Assembly (NCBI RefSeq): GCF_018350175.1
Contig: NC_058368.1
Coordinates: 46,626,001 to 46,690,000, forward strand
Reading direction: 5' to 3'
Length of the DNA stretch: 64,000 nucleotides
Origin: Felis catus
Lineage: Eukaryota
Shown: one piece after another, positions 25,375 to 36,872 of the stretch
How the letters are laid out: each line of letters begins with the position of its first letter
How positions within the stretch are numbered: the first letter of the stretch is position 1
Program-made: the position numbers and the translations under genes
Notes under the pieces: generated by a model
What the model saw: the letters and a program-made list of their open reading frames with translations, nothing else
What the model was told of the DNA's origin: nothing
Database searches by the model: none

Positions 25375-25802
25375 GGTCACATATAAGGGGAGAGCGAAGA
25401 AGGAGAAGCGAGGGGAAAAGTTGCCACACACCCCGGGGAGGGGAAGGGGGAAAAGAGAGGGGGGAGAAGGAGCGAGGGGGTATAACAACAACAACAACAA
25501 CTCCAGGGGAGAACGAGAAGGAGAAAGGGGGGGAAACAAGGAGGTGAGGGCAAGAAAGCGAGCGCAGGAGGGGCGAGCGCGAGAGGCGCTCTGGAGAGAA
25601 ACGCACAAAAGTGTCCCGCAAGTCGAAATGCGAGTCCTCTCCGGGGGCTGGGATCGGGGGCTGGTTTGGGAGGGGGGGCGGGGGCGGGGAGGGTCGGCTG
25701 TTGTTGTGTGGGTCCCGCTCTAGCACAAAGTTAAGGATGAAGGTGAAAAGGAGGAGGTTTGAAGGACTTGGGTTCTCCCTGGCAAGTACATTGATCAAAG
25801 AT
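25375..25802 (-). other. DACH1: Probable DACH1 5' UTR (TSS approximate)
   Basis: Pyrimidine-rich leader contiguous with the ATG. The upstream end (ATCTTTGATCAATGTACTTGCC...) is placed by recollection of the human mRNA 5' end, not verified. Confidence 0.6.
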
Positions 25803-28800
25803 TGAGAGGGGAATGACAGAGAGAAAATGAGCTGAAAAGTGCAGGCTGCCGGCTGGACGAGTTGTTGTTGTCACACGGTGCAGAGGGGAGGAGCTCCGGA
25901 AACTTGAAATACCCTTTGAAGCCGCAAAAACCTCACTCACTAGTATTAACCCAAATTATCCAACCAGGAACTCGGAGCAGAGACTCCGAGAGCGCGAGAC
26001 GCGGAGGGAAAGCGAGTGAGCGAGAAAAGGAGGGGAGGGGGGGAGGATAAGGAAGAAACTACGCGAGGGACGGAGAGGAAGAGCCGGGGACACAGAAGTG
26101 GCGGTCGGGAAAGGAGAGGGAGACGATCTACTTCTCTTCTGCTACTACCGTTAGGTTGCATGTCTAATATTCCATTTCGTCCGCGACGACTCGTAATTTT
26201 TTTTTCCCCCAAAACCTCTGAGCAATCGCCTGCCAACTTAAAAGAGGAGCCAGAGCGCTCCGAGCTCTCCTTCAAGGATTGAGGATTTATCTGCGCTCGT
26301 GTTGGCAATAAGATATAAATGAAAACACATCCCCTCACTTCGTGATTATTAAGAAATTATTTTCAGGGAGCCTCACATGTGAGCAAAGCCTATGTTTGAT
26401 GCAGCCGATTGTGTTACTCTCTCTGTTAAATTATTTATTAGTGTAAAGAGAGTGAAAATTCCAGGACAGTTGTGGGGGGAAAGGCAGTCTGAAGTCACTT
26501 CAGGATAATGGAATCCTCTGTATTTAGTTTCTTATTTCCTGATAGATTATGGAAAGAAAGAAATGCTTGCCATGATGTGGATCTTTCAGAATAACTTCAC
26601 TCTCACCCCAAAGGAAGGTCAGAAATGCTGCCTTTACCTAGAGACTGAAGAAATCAGGCACCCTTGAAGACTGAGAAAGGGGAAAACAAGAAAACACTTT
26701 TTTCTTACCGAAAACTCTGTAATTAATTCACCTGTCTTGCGTAGAAAACAACTATCCCCACGTCCCTTAAGACCCCAGGCTAATTGCCAGTGTTTTATAG
26801 GAATCACATATTATTTTCTTTCATATTTGAGAAGTTTCAGTGTATTTGGGGAAAGTCCTTTTCTCAGTTTGTCAGTGCAAATGTGTTTTGTAAATAATGA
26901 GAAGAACAAAACAAGCTCACTAGTTGACTTGTAAAGACAGAAAGGGTAGCTATGCTTAAAAACATGAGGCTGAGTTTAGAATGACTCTCTTCCTCTTTGC
27001 CTTCCTCTCTCCTCTTCTCTTTCTAACTTGTTGCATGGAGGGTTTTTTCTTTTTCAAGGATTTTTGACCAACCTATGATCTGAACATAGGTCAAGTTTGT
27101 TCTCTGTTTATATCTCTAGGAATCTCAAGTAATTAGGCTTTAAACCTGTCTGTACAGGTTTATTAACTTCACAAGACAGAAACAATGCTGAAGCATTGGG
27201 TAGAGTTAAAAAATAAACTATTAGCATCAGGTTCCCAGGGTTGGGAAATTTCATAATGAAATTCTGCCATTTTGGTGCTGAAATGATGATCACATTTCTC
27301 TTTGTCATTTTAATTTTTTAAACTTTTTGAAATTTAGTGTCAAAAGGCACAGGAAATATCTACAGAGAAATATGGCACCATTGACTAAGTTTATGCTAAA
27401 CTTTTTGGGGCACAGCAGTTATATCAGGAGGCTTTCCTAGGTCATAAGAATTCAGAAAGTTGATTGTTGCTAAAAAGTAGATAGACTTCTGCAAAGATAG
27501 CTGGAGTTTACACAGTTGTTTGGCCTAATTAGCCAATGCATTTTAATATATTCAGAAATAATTTATATTACTTTTTCACTCCTCCCATCAATCCTCAAAA
27601 ATAGGGATTCGATAATATGTCACATACATCAAAACACCACGTTAAGTGTTGACACATGTTTTGGAAAATAGTACCTTTTTTTAAAAATGCCAAGTTACTA
27701 TGTTAATGAGTGGGGGAAAAGAAGACGATATTGAGCCCTGAAAAACTAATTTTATTTTGGAATTGCATGCACAACTTTAATAAAGTCCGATATAGCTAAA
27801 AACGCTAAACTATAGTTTCCTCATTTTAACTTCTAGATCCAGAAATGGGAAAAAATCAGAATTAAGTGCTGAGAATCTGCCCTTATCATTCTCATTTCTC
27901 ACATTTCCTTAAACTGCCACTCACCCAGTACCTGCCATGTTCGGAAGCCACAGGCAGGAAGTACTAATAGCTGACCAAGCCATAATCCCACCCAGCTTTG
28001 AAGCAAACTCCAAATTTTCTGCAGGGAATCCTGCGCCTCCCAGCACGTGCTCCGTTCAGAGGTAGGGCTTGGGGCCGGCCTTTACCCCCACCTGAATGGG
28101 AGCTCCCCCCCACCCCCCAACCTCAGGTCTCTAAACCGTTTCTGAGAACTACCACATGCCCCTTTGATCAAACAATAGGATTAGAAGAAGCATCTAATGC
28201 AAATTAAATATGTAGGGGAAAAAAGCCTCAAATATTTTAGATTTAAGATTCTTTCCTTGTTTCTTTTTCTCTTTTTCTTTCCCTTTCTTTCTTTCTTTTA
28301 GAAATGTTACCAATGATTAAGGCAAATAGTATTTAACATCAGCAGATAAATCAACTCCACAGAGATTTCAAATTCTCACTCTTCCTCCTGCATCTTTAGC
28401 TTTCAAAGCTTTTGTCTTGTTTGTTTATTGTTTTACATCCTTGGCTGTTTCAGGTCCTCTCCCTCCATCTCATCTTTTCCAACCTGCACCAAATTTGCAT
28501 AAGCAAAACTCAAAGTACTGTAACTGATATTAGAAAATTCTCCCTGTGTTTTGTGAAGACGTATTGTGCTGAAATCAATAAGACTGTTTAAAATTCAAAG
28601 ACCTGCAAATCGTTCTGTTTGTCCTTTGATAGGGCCTGTGCTGATTAAAATGCTACCAAGAAAGCTTAATTGCTGCACTAATTAAGAAGTCTTTAATTTC
28701 TTTCCTAGGATGTCGTTTGAAGCTGAGCTTGTACCAGTTCAGGGAAGGTATTTTCTTCCCTCCCTCTGCCCCCTCCTGGCCCCTCCCCTCTCCTCCCCGC

Positions 28801-31800
28801 TCCTCTCGTGCCCCGCGACGACATCCCAATGAATGGGAACTAATAGAGAGAGTGGTCTCAGGTCTCACCATCTATTACTTAACAGAAATCGACACAGGAC
28901 ACAGAGTTCAGTGCAGTATGAAATGCAGTTTTTCAGAAGAGCTGTAAGGTTGCAGGAGACAGTGAGGAAACACAGAGTAGCTGTTGCAGCTAAAGTCCCG
29001 GGGAATACCTGGATGACAACAGGCACTTTAGCTCGATGATGAGGGCATCCTATTTGGTTAAAAGGGGGCAGTGACAAGGCAATGCTTCTACTGAAACAGG
29101 GCAACATAAAAAATATATTTTCCAAACCTGTGGTTTTTAAAAAAAGAAGAATAAATCTGTAGAAAGGAGGATTTATAGTTGGGATTTGGTAAGTATCATT
29201 TTATTTTACGAGTATAAAATCCTGAATTCTATGGGGATTTATTTTTGACCCGTTTTATAACCCAGGGTGGCATAGCACTGTATTACATCCTTTGCATCAT
29301 TTTCTATTGACCTATTTTATTCACTGATTTCTCAAGTGGGGAAACTGACTAAATGATTTCACAAAGCTTTCTCTGTAATCAATAGTCATTTTTTAGGTTT
29401 ATTCATGCTGCATTATAATTCTGGTAAATGACTGCAAAGCAGAAGATTGTAAGAAAGATACAAATATTGACAAAGCCAGGATAAGTCATGTCTTTAAATC
29501 TTAAGAGTTTCAATATAGCAATTGATATAGTTATTTGAAAGAAAAAGATTGAAAATGCATATTTCATGCACTATAAAAAACAAATGACTGGGTAACTTAA
29601 AGATAACACATATCTGCATATGTTTCTGGTATATCTCAAAATTTCCTGAAACCTTTGAGGATCCTCCTTTTCTAACATCACTAAGCGAAACAGAAACAAT
29701 TTGGCCATTTGCACAAAGGAAACAAGAAAAGGTTCATTACAATTTTATTCTTTCAAGTTTTCCCCAAGTTCTATTAGAAGCATGCACAGAAAAATACAGA
29801 TATATACTTCAGATATATACTGAATTCCTTTCAGTGACAGGACAAGGAGATAACACGCTTAATAGATTCAAAGGGAGATTTACCATTCCGAGCACGACGT
29901 CACTCTAATTATGTTTACTCTAATTGAAAGCAAGGTTTTTTGGAATCTGAAATTACTTTCAGAATTTTTTTTTTTAAATAATGCAAGTGGATCAAATGTT
30001 GATCACAAGCATTTCAATCTTTCAAAATGTATTGGAAAATTAAATGAAAAGTGGAGTTTGGTACAAACAATGCCCCAGGGCAAAAAACAACTAACACTAG
30101 ATTTTCCAGTCCAGCCATAACACAAATCAATTTGAGCACACTTCTATGGCCAGACTGCCAGATTGTTATGACTGCTAATTCACTCAATCAAAGAGTGCAT
30201 TAGCACACCCGGCACAAATAGCTTTAACAATAGAGTGCACTTCTGAACAATTCTAAGATATATCACAACGGAGAAGTAAAGAGGAAGATCATTTTTACAT
30301 CTGCATATTTACTAATGGACCTGTTTCCTTAGTAGGAAAAAAAAAAAAAAAAGATAAACTTCAGGCAGAGGTTTATTAAAGAGCTATCCAAGTTTGGCAA
30401 ATCTAGGAAGGTATCAGGGTACCAGTAGTTCACTGACTTTGTTAAACGTTTCTCAGGAGAGAGTCCAAAATTGATGTTTGCACTTCAGTAGTAAATCATT
30501 GAAGATGGAGAAATTATGCCAAGTAACTCTCTCAAGCCTTTTTAACTTAGACACTCGGCCTCACCAATCAGCTCAGCAGATATGCTTTGACTGCCTGAAG
30601 CACAGACTTCTCCACCTCTACACGTTCTGCCTCTGCCTTCCCCACCTAGGGTTCTAACTTCTGACTTGTAGTGACTCTCACTTCCTCAGTCTTCCCCTCT
30701 TTTCCAATTCCCTGCCTTTCCTCAAGAACGAGGAATAAGACTTTTATCTCCCGGATACACTCTCTAATCAGGCGCAGAAGAGCTTGGTGATAAATTACCC
30801 GAAGGACAGAAGGTGGGGAGCTGAAGGTGAGCACACTATAACTTGAAGCACTCAAACTTTACATTACAAACTTCCGTTCTTAATAAAGAAGTGGTTTAAA
30901 TGGTTATAAATAACTTTGACCTGTTTTACAGCATGGAAATGCATGGACTCTACAATATTCTTACTGAATGCATATAGTAATGATCTATTCATATTCCTGT
31001 TTGCATAGATCTCAGAGCCAACTGGCAGGATTTGCACCACTGTACCTCTCTCCCTAAACTTCTGTCCTCACCTCCTTTTCTCCTGGTTCAGAATGAAGGT
31101 GACATGTAGCCAAAAATACTTTGCTGGTTATAGGGCATATTTTAAGAAATCTCTAAACCCATGCCAGGGGAGAGAGAAGGTAATGGCAAAGAGAAGAATA
31201 GTTACAAAGAAAAGGAAAAAAAAAGAAAGCCATCTTAGGATTGTTTTCCTGACTCCAAACTACATCATTTCCATGACAGCCAGTCAACTCTCCCTGATAA
31301 TTTAGTTATACTTGTCCATCACTCCTTACTTCCAGTGTAAGTGTCCTAATTCCATCTCTGGGTTGGTATTGAATTGCACAGCCAAATATCCGATAGAAAA
31401 ATAAACACAGTGAGATCATTTTAGAGTTGGATTGTAAAAGGAAGCAGCAACAAGAATAATATAAATTGAGATTAATTCCCTTCATCTCTTAAATCAGGCC
31501 ATTGTGAGAGGAAGAGCAGGCTGGATTGAAGTAAGGTCAAAAAGTCAGGCAGACATTTAAATCCTTAGTTCTCTGGTAAATATTCTACGTTCAACTGTAC
31601 CTTTTAATACGAGGCATTTTCTCATTGTCATACTTCTTTTTCTTTAAATAACCCAACTCATTTTCCTCTAAAGAAGATCAGTATCAGGACCTATGAATTG
31701 CTTAAGGGATACATAGCTGGGAATGGGGGTGGGGAAGAAGTCTTATGTAGTATAAATGCATGTTCAATATGAAAACATAAATTGTCACGTAATTTTGTGA

Positions 31801-31900
31801 TGTTAGGAGAAATGTATTAAACTTGATTTTAAAAGTTTATGTGGATTGCTTTTTTGTTTTGTTTTAATTTATAATCTTCATCCTTTTTTCTTCTTTGCTC

Positions 31901-32211
31901 TATTAAGTAAAAGAAGAGGTCATTGTCTAACAAATAGCCTGTAAAAACTGTTCTATTTGAAGTCCGAAATTTCAAGGATTGTTAGAAAAGAATAAACTGT
32001 TTATTTATTTATTGCCCTTCAGAACAAAGAGTTTTTTTTAAAGTTGAAAGAATAACAATTGCCACCTTCCAGCCGGAGATCTTGTATGTCAAGTTTCAGC
32101 CCAGAGCAAATTTTTACAACAAGTTATAAACCCCCTGTAACAGAGGGTTTATTATAATGGAAGTGCTGACACAACCTTAACTATAGCGTTGTAAACGGCT
32201 ATGCTATAATA
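31901..32211. mobile_element. Probable MER121-like ancient conserved repeat
   Basis: AAGTTTCAGCCCAGAGCAAATTTTTAC...AGTTATAAACCCCCTGTAACAGAGGGTTTATTATAATGGAAGTGCTGACACAACCTTAACTATAGCG matches my recollection of the MER121 consensus, including its internal hairpin. Not database-checked. Confidence 0.55.
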
Positions 32212-35200
32212 TCCATTAAGCAGAAAGAAAAATAAGCTGGCTGATCAATAATTTATACAAAGAGTACCAACTGCAGACATAATAACTGTAATGTTTGCAA
32301 AGCAATCTCTCTGCTCTCCAGGCTTAACAGTAAACGCAAACTAGCAACGCTGTTAATTTCCAGCTCCTACAGATAAGAATACAAACAAATTACTTAAAAT
32401 TATATTTTGCTCAACATTTAGCATGCCTCGATGGGATAAAATAAAATTTAATTATGATGCAACTTGTGCCGGATGCAAAGCTGTTTTGTTTTCCAGCACA
32501 TTTTATTATGAAAGGACATTCATTTGGAACATCAATTATGGGGAAATAGTATGTTTCAATGAGTTGACTTGGGTCAGGCAGGCTCTTCTAAGAGTTATTC
32601 AGACATGGAAACAGATTGACACTGTTTAACTTCAAAGAAAGTTACAGGGCTTTACAGAGCCACAACCTGAAATACAATACTGCAAGCTCTGATCCGAGTC
32701 AACTGTCAGTAAAAACACACCTTGTCATTAGAGTTCATGGGAAAAAAGACGCTGGCTTGGAAAATGTGGCCATCATTAGCATCCAGTGATTCTTGGAGTG
32801 CTCAATTAACGGTAAGCCTCATTTGCATGGAAGCAAGATGTGTCGTTTCTACCTAATAAATGGGGATCATAAAATGTGAGCATTATTTTCTTTTCTGGAA
32901 AATTTTTTAAAATATATTTTCATAGATGTCCATATTTATTGCTGCTTTGCTTTGTGTAGTGCCCACATGTGTGGAGTGTGTCATTTTGATATTTTTGTTC
33001 TTGTAGATGGCTTTGAAAGCAGGAAAAGATTTGAGAGGTGTAAAAGAAGGAAATAGAAGAATTGAAGGATCCCAAAACGCCCACTATGCACATACTCAAG
33101 GTTGAACCAGATTGTACATTTCTAAGGTTCACATCTCCATCAGTCTTTGTTGTCTGTTCATTTCCTGGGGGGGTGTGGAACCCAGTAGAACGAAGAGACA
33201 TTGCTATCAGAGTTGTAAAATGGTGTATTACCCTGTGAGCAATTGCACTTGGAAAGGAACCAGTAATTTATATGAGAAGTGTTTAAGATTGCCTGCTCAC
33301 CCAGTGATCCATGCCAGGTCAGTTCCAGTAATGCCAGAAAACAAAAGGAGGTGCACATCACCGGGAAAGAGACACCTCATATGCCTTAAGAGCTTGTGAA
33401 GGGGAGCACTAAAATGCCATTTTCTCAAATGAACTGGTCATTACCATTTAAAATCCTAAGGGGCTGTGGGACTGGGGAGGAGAGAAAGAATTTTTCTTTT
33501 GATTTAACAGGGCTCTGAAGTACTAGTTTTAAGGGGGAGGTTTTTTGTTGTGATTGTCTCAGCCCTATGCTTTAGCAAAGGTTAAATCCTGAAACAAAGG
33601 TGCATTTTTTAATAATGGAATGGAAAAGGATGAACACGATTCCTCTGAGAATGCACTTGGCCCATTTTTAAACTTAGAAATGAACTGTTTTAAGGATTAC
33701 CAGTGCAAATAGTAATACAACCCTCCACTAGTAATGTCTATGCCAGGTTCTAAGTTGTTGTTAATTTTTTCCTTGAAAAGATGTGCCCAGAGCCACCCTT
33801 CACCCCGCTGGTTTTCAGGAGAGGACTAGGGATACTGGCAGGATGTTATATAAGAAATCACTTCCTAAGAATTCTTCACAGGTCTCTTTATTCTTGTTTA
33901 ACATAATCAAAGCACAGGCTCGGAGTGGTATCCTGGCATTGGGGTACAGATTGCTTCTCTGCCGTCCTCAGGCACGTGCTTTCCCCACAGACTGTAAAGT
34001 TGTTTCAGTTTTTCAACCAGAGTTCAGTTCATTCACATGTCCAGCATTTAGAGAAGGAACTGAAGAGACAGACCATTTCCCATGTAAGTCAGAATTTATA
34101 ATTTACTGATTGGCTCAAGGTTCAGCATATCCAGGAATCTTTGCAGATTTATCCTTGTGTATTGTAACTTGCATGTACTTTGATGGATAAGGCAATTATC
34201 TTATGCTTTCACACTTGTTGATATGTTTCTCTTCAGGTGGCCTCAAGTCATTTCGATTCCTTTTGGATAGCTAGGATAACGCTTAGCACCTGTTGGGTGT
34301 TAGGTAAAGGTCAGCTGGGTAATTAAAACTACTTCTATATTATCCACACATTTCCTGTATCCCCAAATTGTGTAGACTGCTCATTCCTTAAATCATATGA
34401 TCATGTGACGCATAACAGGATATTGAAGACTAACAAAATTTTAGATATACTCATTTCTATACAATTAATTTAGGCAAAATTCTTTAGGCAAAGATCCAGA
34501 GATGCTAGATCAAATAGCCAGAAAGGAGAATCTTAGATCTGTAACTAAGGCTTGTATCTGGGACCTAAACAGAAAAAAAATCTTTTCTTAATCATCTGAG
34601 GAGCCACTGGGAGTCTTCACCAAGAATGGAATATAAATGATAGTGGACTCTGACGGGCTGCTACAGACGATGAGGGAATGCAGGTTTGCATGTGAAATTC
34701 TGTCTCTCAAATGTGAGTAAGCAGAGGTGTATGCCCTCATTTGTATACTCTACAAATTTTACTTTAATTCTACCATCACCTTAATGTACATAATCTTCTC
34801 TGTTAACACAAAGCACACTTACTTTTGTGTACTGATGGATGGTATGCTGGTTGCTGAAGATGTAAAGAAGAATACAAAGGTATTCATCCTGATTAGATTT
34901 CATCTACATTGTCTCTGTTCAGTCTTATTTCCATAACATCATTGAAATTTTGTATTAGGGGAGCCTGGAAGATCATCTAATCCTAGAACTGCAGGTCTTG
35001 GCCTGCCATTTTCACATCCGATGACCATGCTAGAAATTACCAATGATTCTCAGATCCCTCCTTGGGAGCTTAGGGGCAGTCTGAGAAACCTTCCCAGTGT
35101 AGGACTGTAGGCAGTCTCTCACTACCAGTCCATTCGATTTGTCCTTATACATCATTTCTGATCTTACAAAAAAGGAAACCGACATATTTTGTTAAAATAC

Positions 35201-36837
35201 GAGAACTTGCCTTTGTACTCGCAACTAGTTGAGGCTTAAGCCCGGAATTAGACTCAAGGCCTCAGTGAGGTTTTCTGCCCCACAACTATTCTTGAAAGAA
35301 ACCTTTTTGAGGTAAGCAGAGGAAATACATTTTTATGGCTTCCTATATAAGGGAACAGAAAAGATAGTAGACTGGCATATTTGGATCTGGCCTCATGGTT
35401 CTCTGCCTGTTTCTATCACTGTTTAATGAATTTCTGTATGCTCTAACAGAGCTACTGATGTGTTCTCACTTGCTGCGTAGATGTATGCAGTCGCATGCTA
35501 CAAGGTAGCACAGTGAGGATGGAGAATCCTGAACAAGAGTTGGGGAAATACTGTTATTTCGGGGATAAGATTTTGAGATCTTGAGACATACTTAACTAAT
35601 ATATGATGTTAACAAGCTAGTCAGAGTGCAAAAACCCCCGAGGTTCCTTGACTTTTGTGACTTATCTCTGGTTTCCTTTGATTAGAAAATGGCAGCATCT
35701 ACCAGTAGAAGTCATTTGTTGAAGTGCTTTGCAAAATCAGGCATGAAACCAGAAGTTGATCGTGTAAACACATTACTTTTCTGTAGTCTCTTACCAGACT
35801 TAGTTTGCTTTTCCATCGGGGACTATCCAGCCTCTTTCTCCTATCCTTTGTCATCCTGATTTCAAGAAAGGCCACTCTCTACTTGTTTTCCAAGAGGTGA
35901 TTCAGGGATCACTCACAGCTATTCCCAACAGAGCAATAGCACAGCCCTCCTGCTGCCCCATTTAAATTGTCTGAACTGCGTGGCTTTTTCATTTACTCTC
36001 CCTTTAGAGTGAGACTGCAAAGTAGGGAAGACTTGAATGGCCTTGTATCTTCAAAGAAGCGCCTTGAGCTCTGGAATGCAACAAAGTGGGAGAAACCACT
36101 GAACACCAGGAAATGTCAACAATGAGGCGGGAATGCCTGGGCAGGTGGATTGGGGTCTTACCCTAGGCATTCTGTAGGACAAGGCAACCCACTCAGCTGA
36201 ACAAGAAAATGGGTCTTTTTCCCACAGAAACAAATTTGACTGATTTTGAAACACACTGATAACAACAAGGGCATAAATTTTAGCATGTGCTTACCCGGCA
36301 GTACTTTGTTACATTTCTATTTAAGTGATTTGATTGACACATTGATGATAGTTATTAGTAGAGAAGAATTAAAATTTCCAATACTCTGAACATTTTGGTC
36401 CTAATAGGAAGCTTTAGGCCTTGACTGAATAAAGCATTAAAAATGACTTAGGATCAAACCAATTTTAATAGCTAAAATGCATTTACATTTATTTGTAATC
36501 TATTTAAAGTAAACTTAAAGGAAAGTAAAAATGTTCCCAAATGCCATTTGCCAAGAGTAGCATTTGGAAGCTTGATTACTTCTAAACACCGAATATTTGA
36601 GTTAGCAATCTATAATTGATAAGCTTCATTGTAAATATAGTACGTTTTAGATGGCACATCCAGTAACTAAAAAATGTAAAGAGATAAACTCATGTCTTCA
36701 ATGTTGCTTTTTGTCTTAATATTCATGAATTATTATTATCAGGTTCTTGGCCAAAATGCTCTAATAAATCCAATTGTTTTTGAATATCCAAAAGAATTCT
36801 CCTTATCAGGAACCGTCAAAGGTAAATATGCAAAATG

Positions 36838-36838
36838 T

Positions 36839-36872
<34 letters not shown>
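36838..36872. repeat. (TG)n microsatellite
   Basis: Read directly; one TA interruption. Confidence 0.9.

Larger units (their letters stand above)
22790..26345. promoter_or_regulatory. CpG island / DACH1 promoter spanning exon 1 and the first ~1.7 kb of intron 1
   Basis: Abrupt switch from CpG-poor AT-rich DNA to GC-rich, CpG-dense DNA. GC boxes (e.g. GGGGCGGGG 25681-25689) and TCF/LEF-type sites GATCAAAG (25793-25800) and CCTTTGAAG (25913-25921). Confidence 0.9.

Noticed and set aside
24505..25608. ORF-track 367-aa call as the DACH1 protein
   Set aside because: The true start is the Kozak ATG at 25374 and the exon ends at the 24509 donor. The TTG start and TAA stop are artefacts of unspliced ORF calling; the possible extension is treated as a finding.
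25004..25798. 264-aa alternative-frame minus ORF with poly-Arg/Gly/Val
   Set aside because: Starts at TTG within a few nt of the presumed cap, and its content is just the repeats read in another frame. No evidence of translation.
26311..26322. TATAAAT on + strand as TATA box of a divergent transcript
   Set aside because: A single short motif at the AT-rich island edge, with no downstream exon or ORF evidence.
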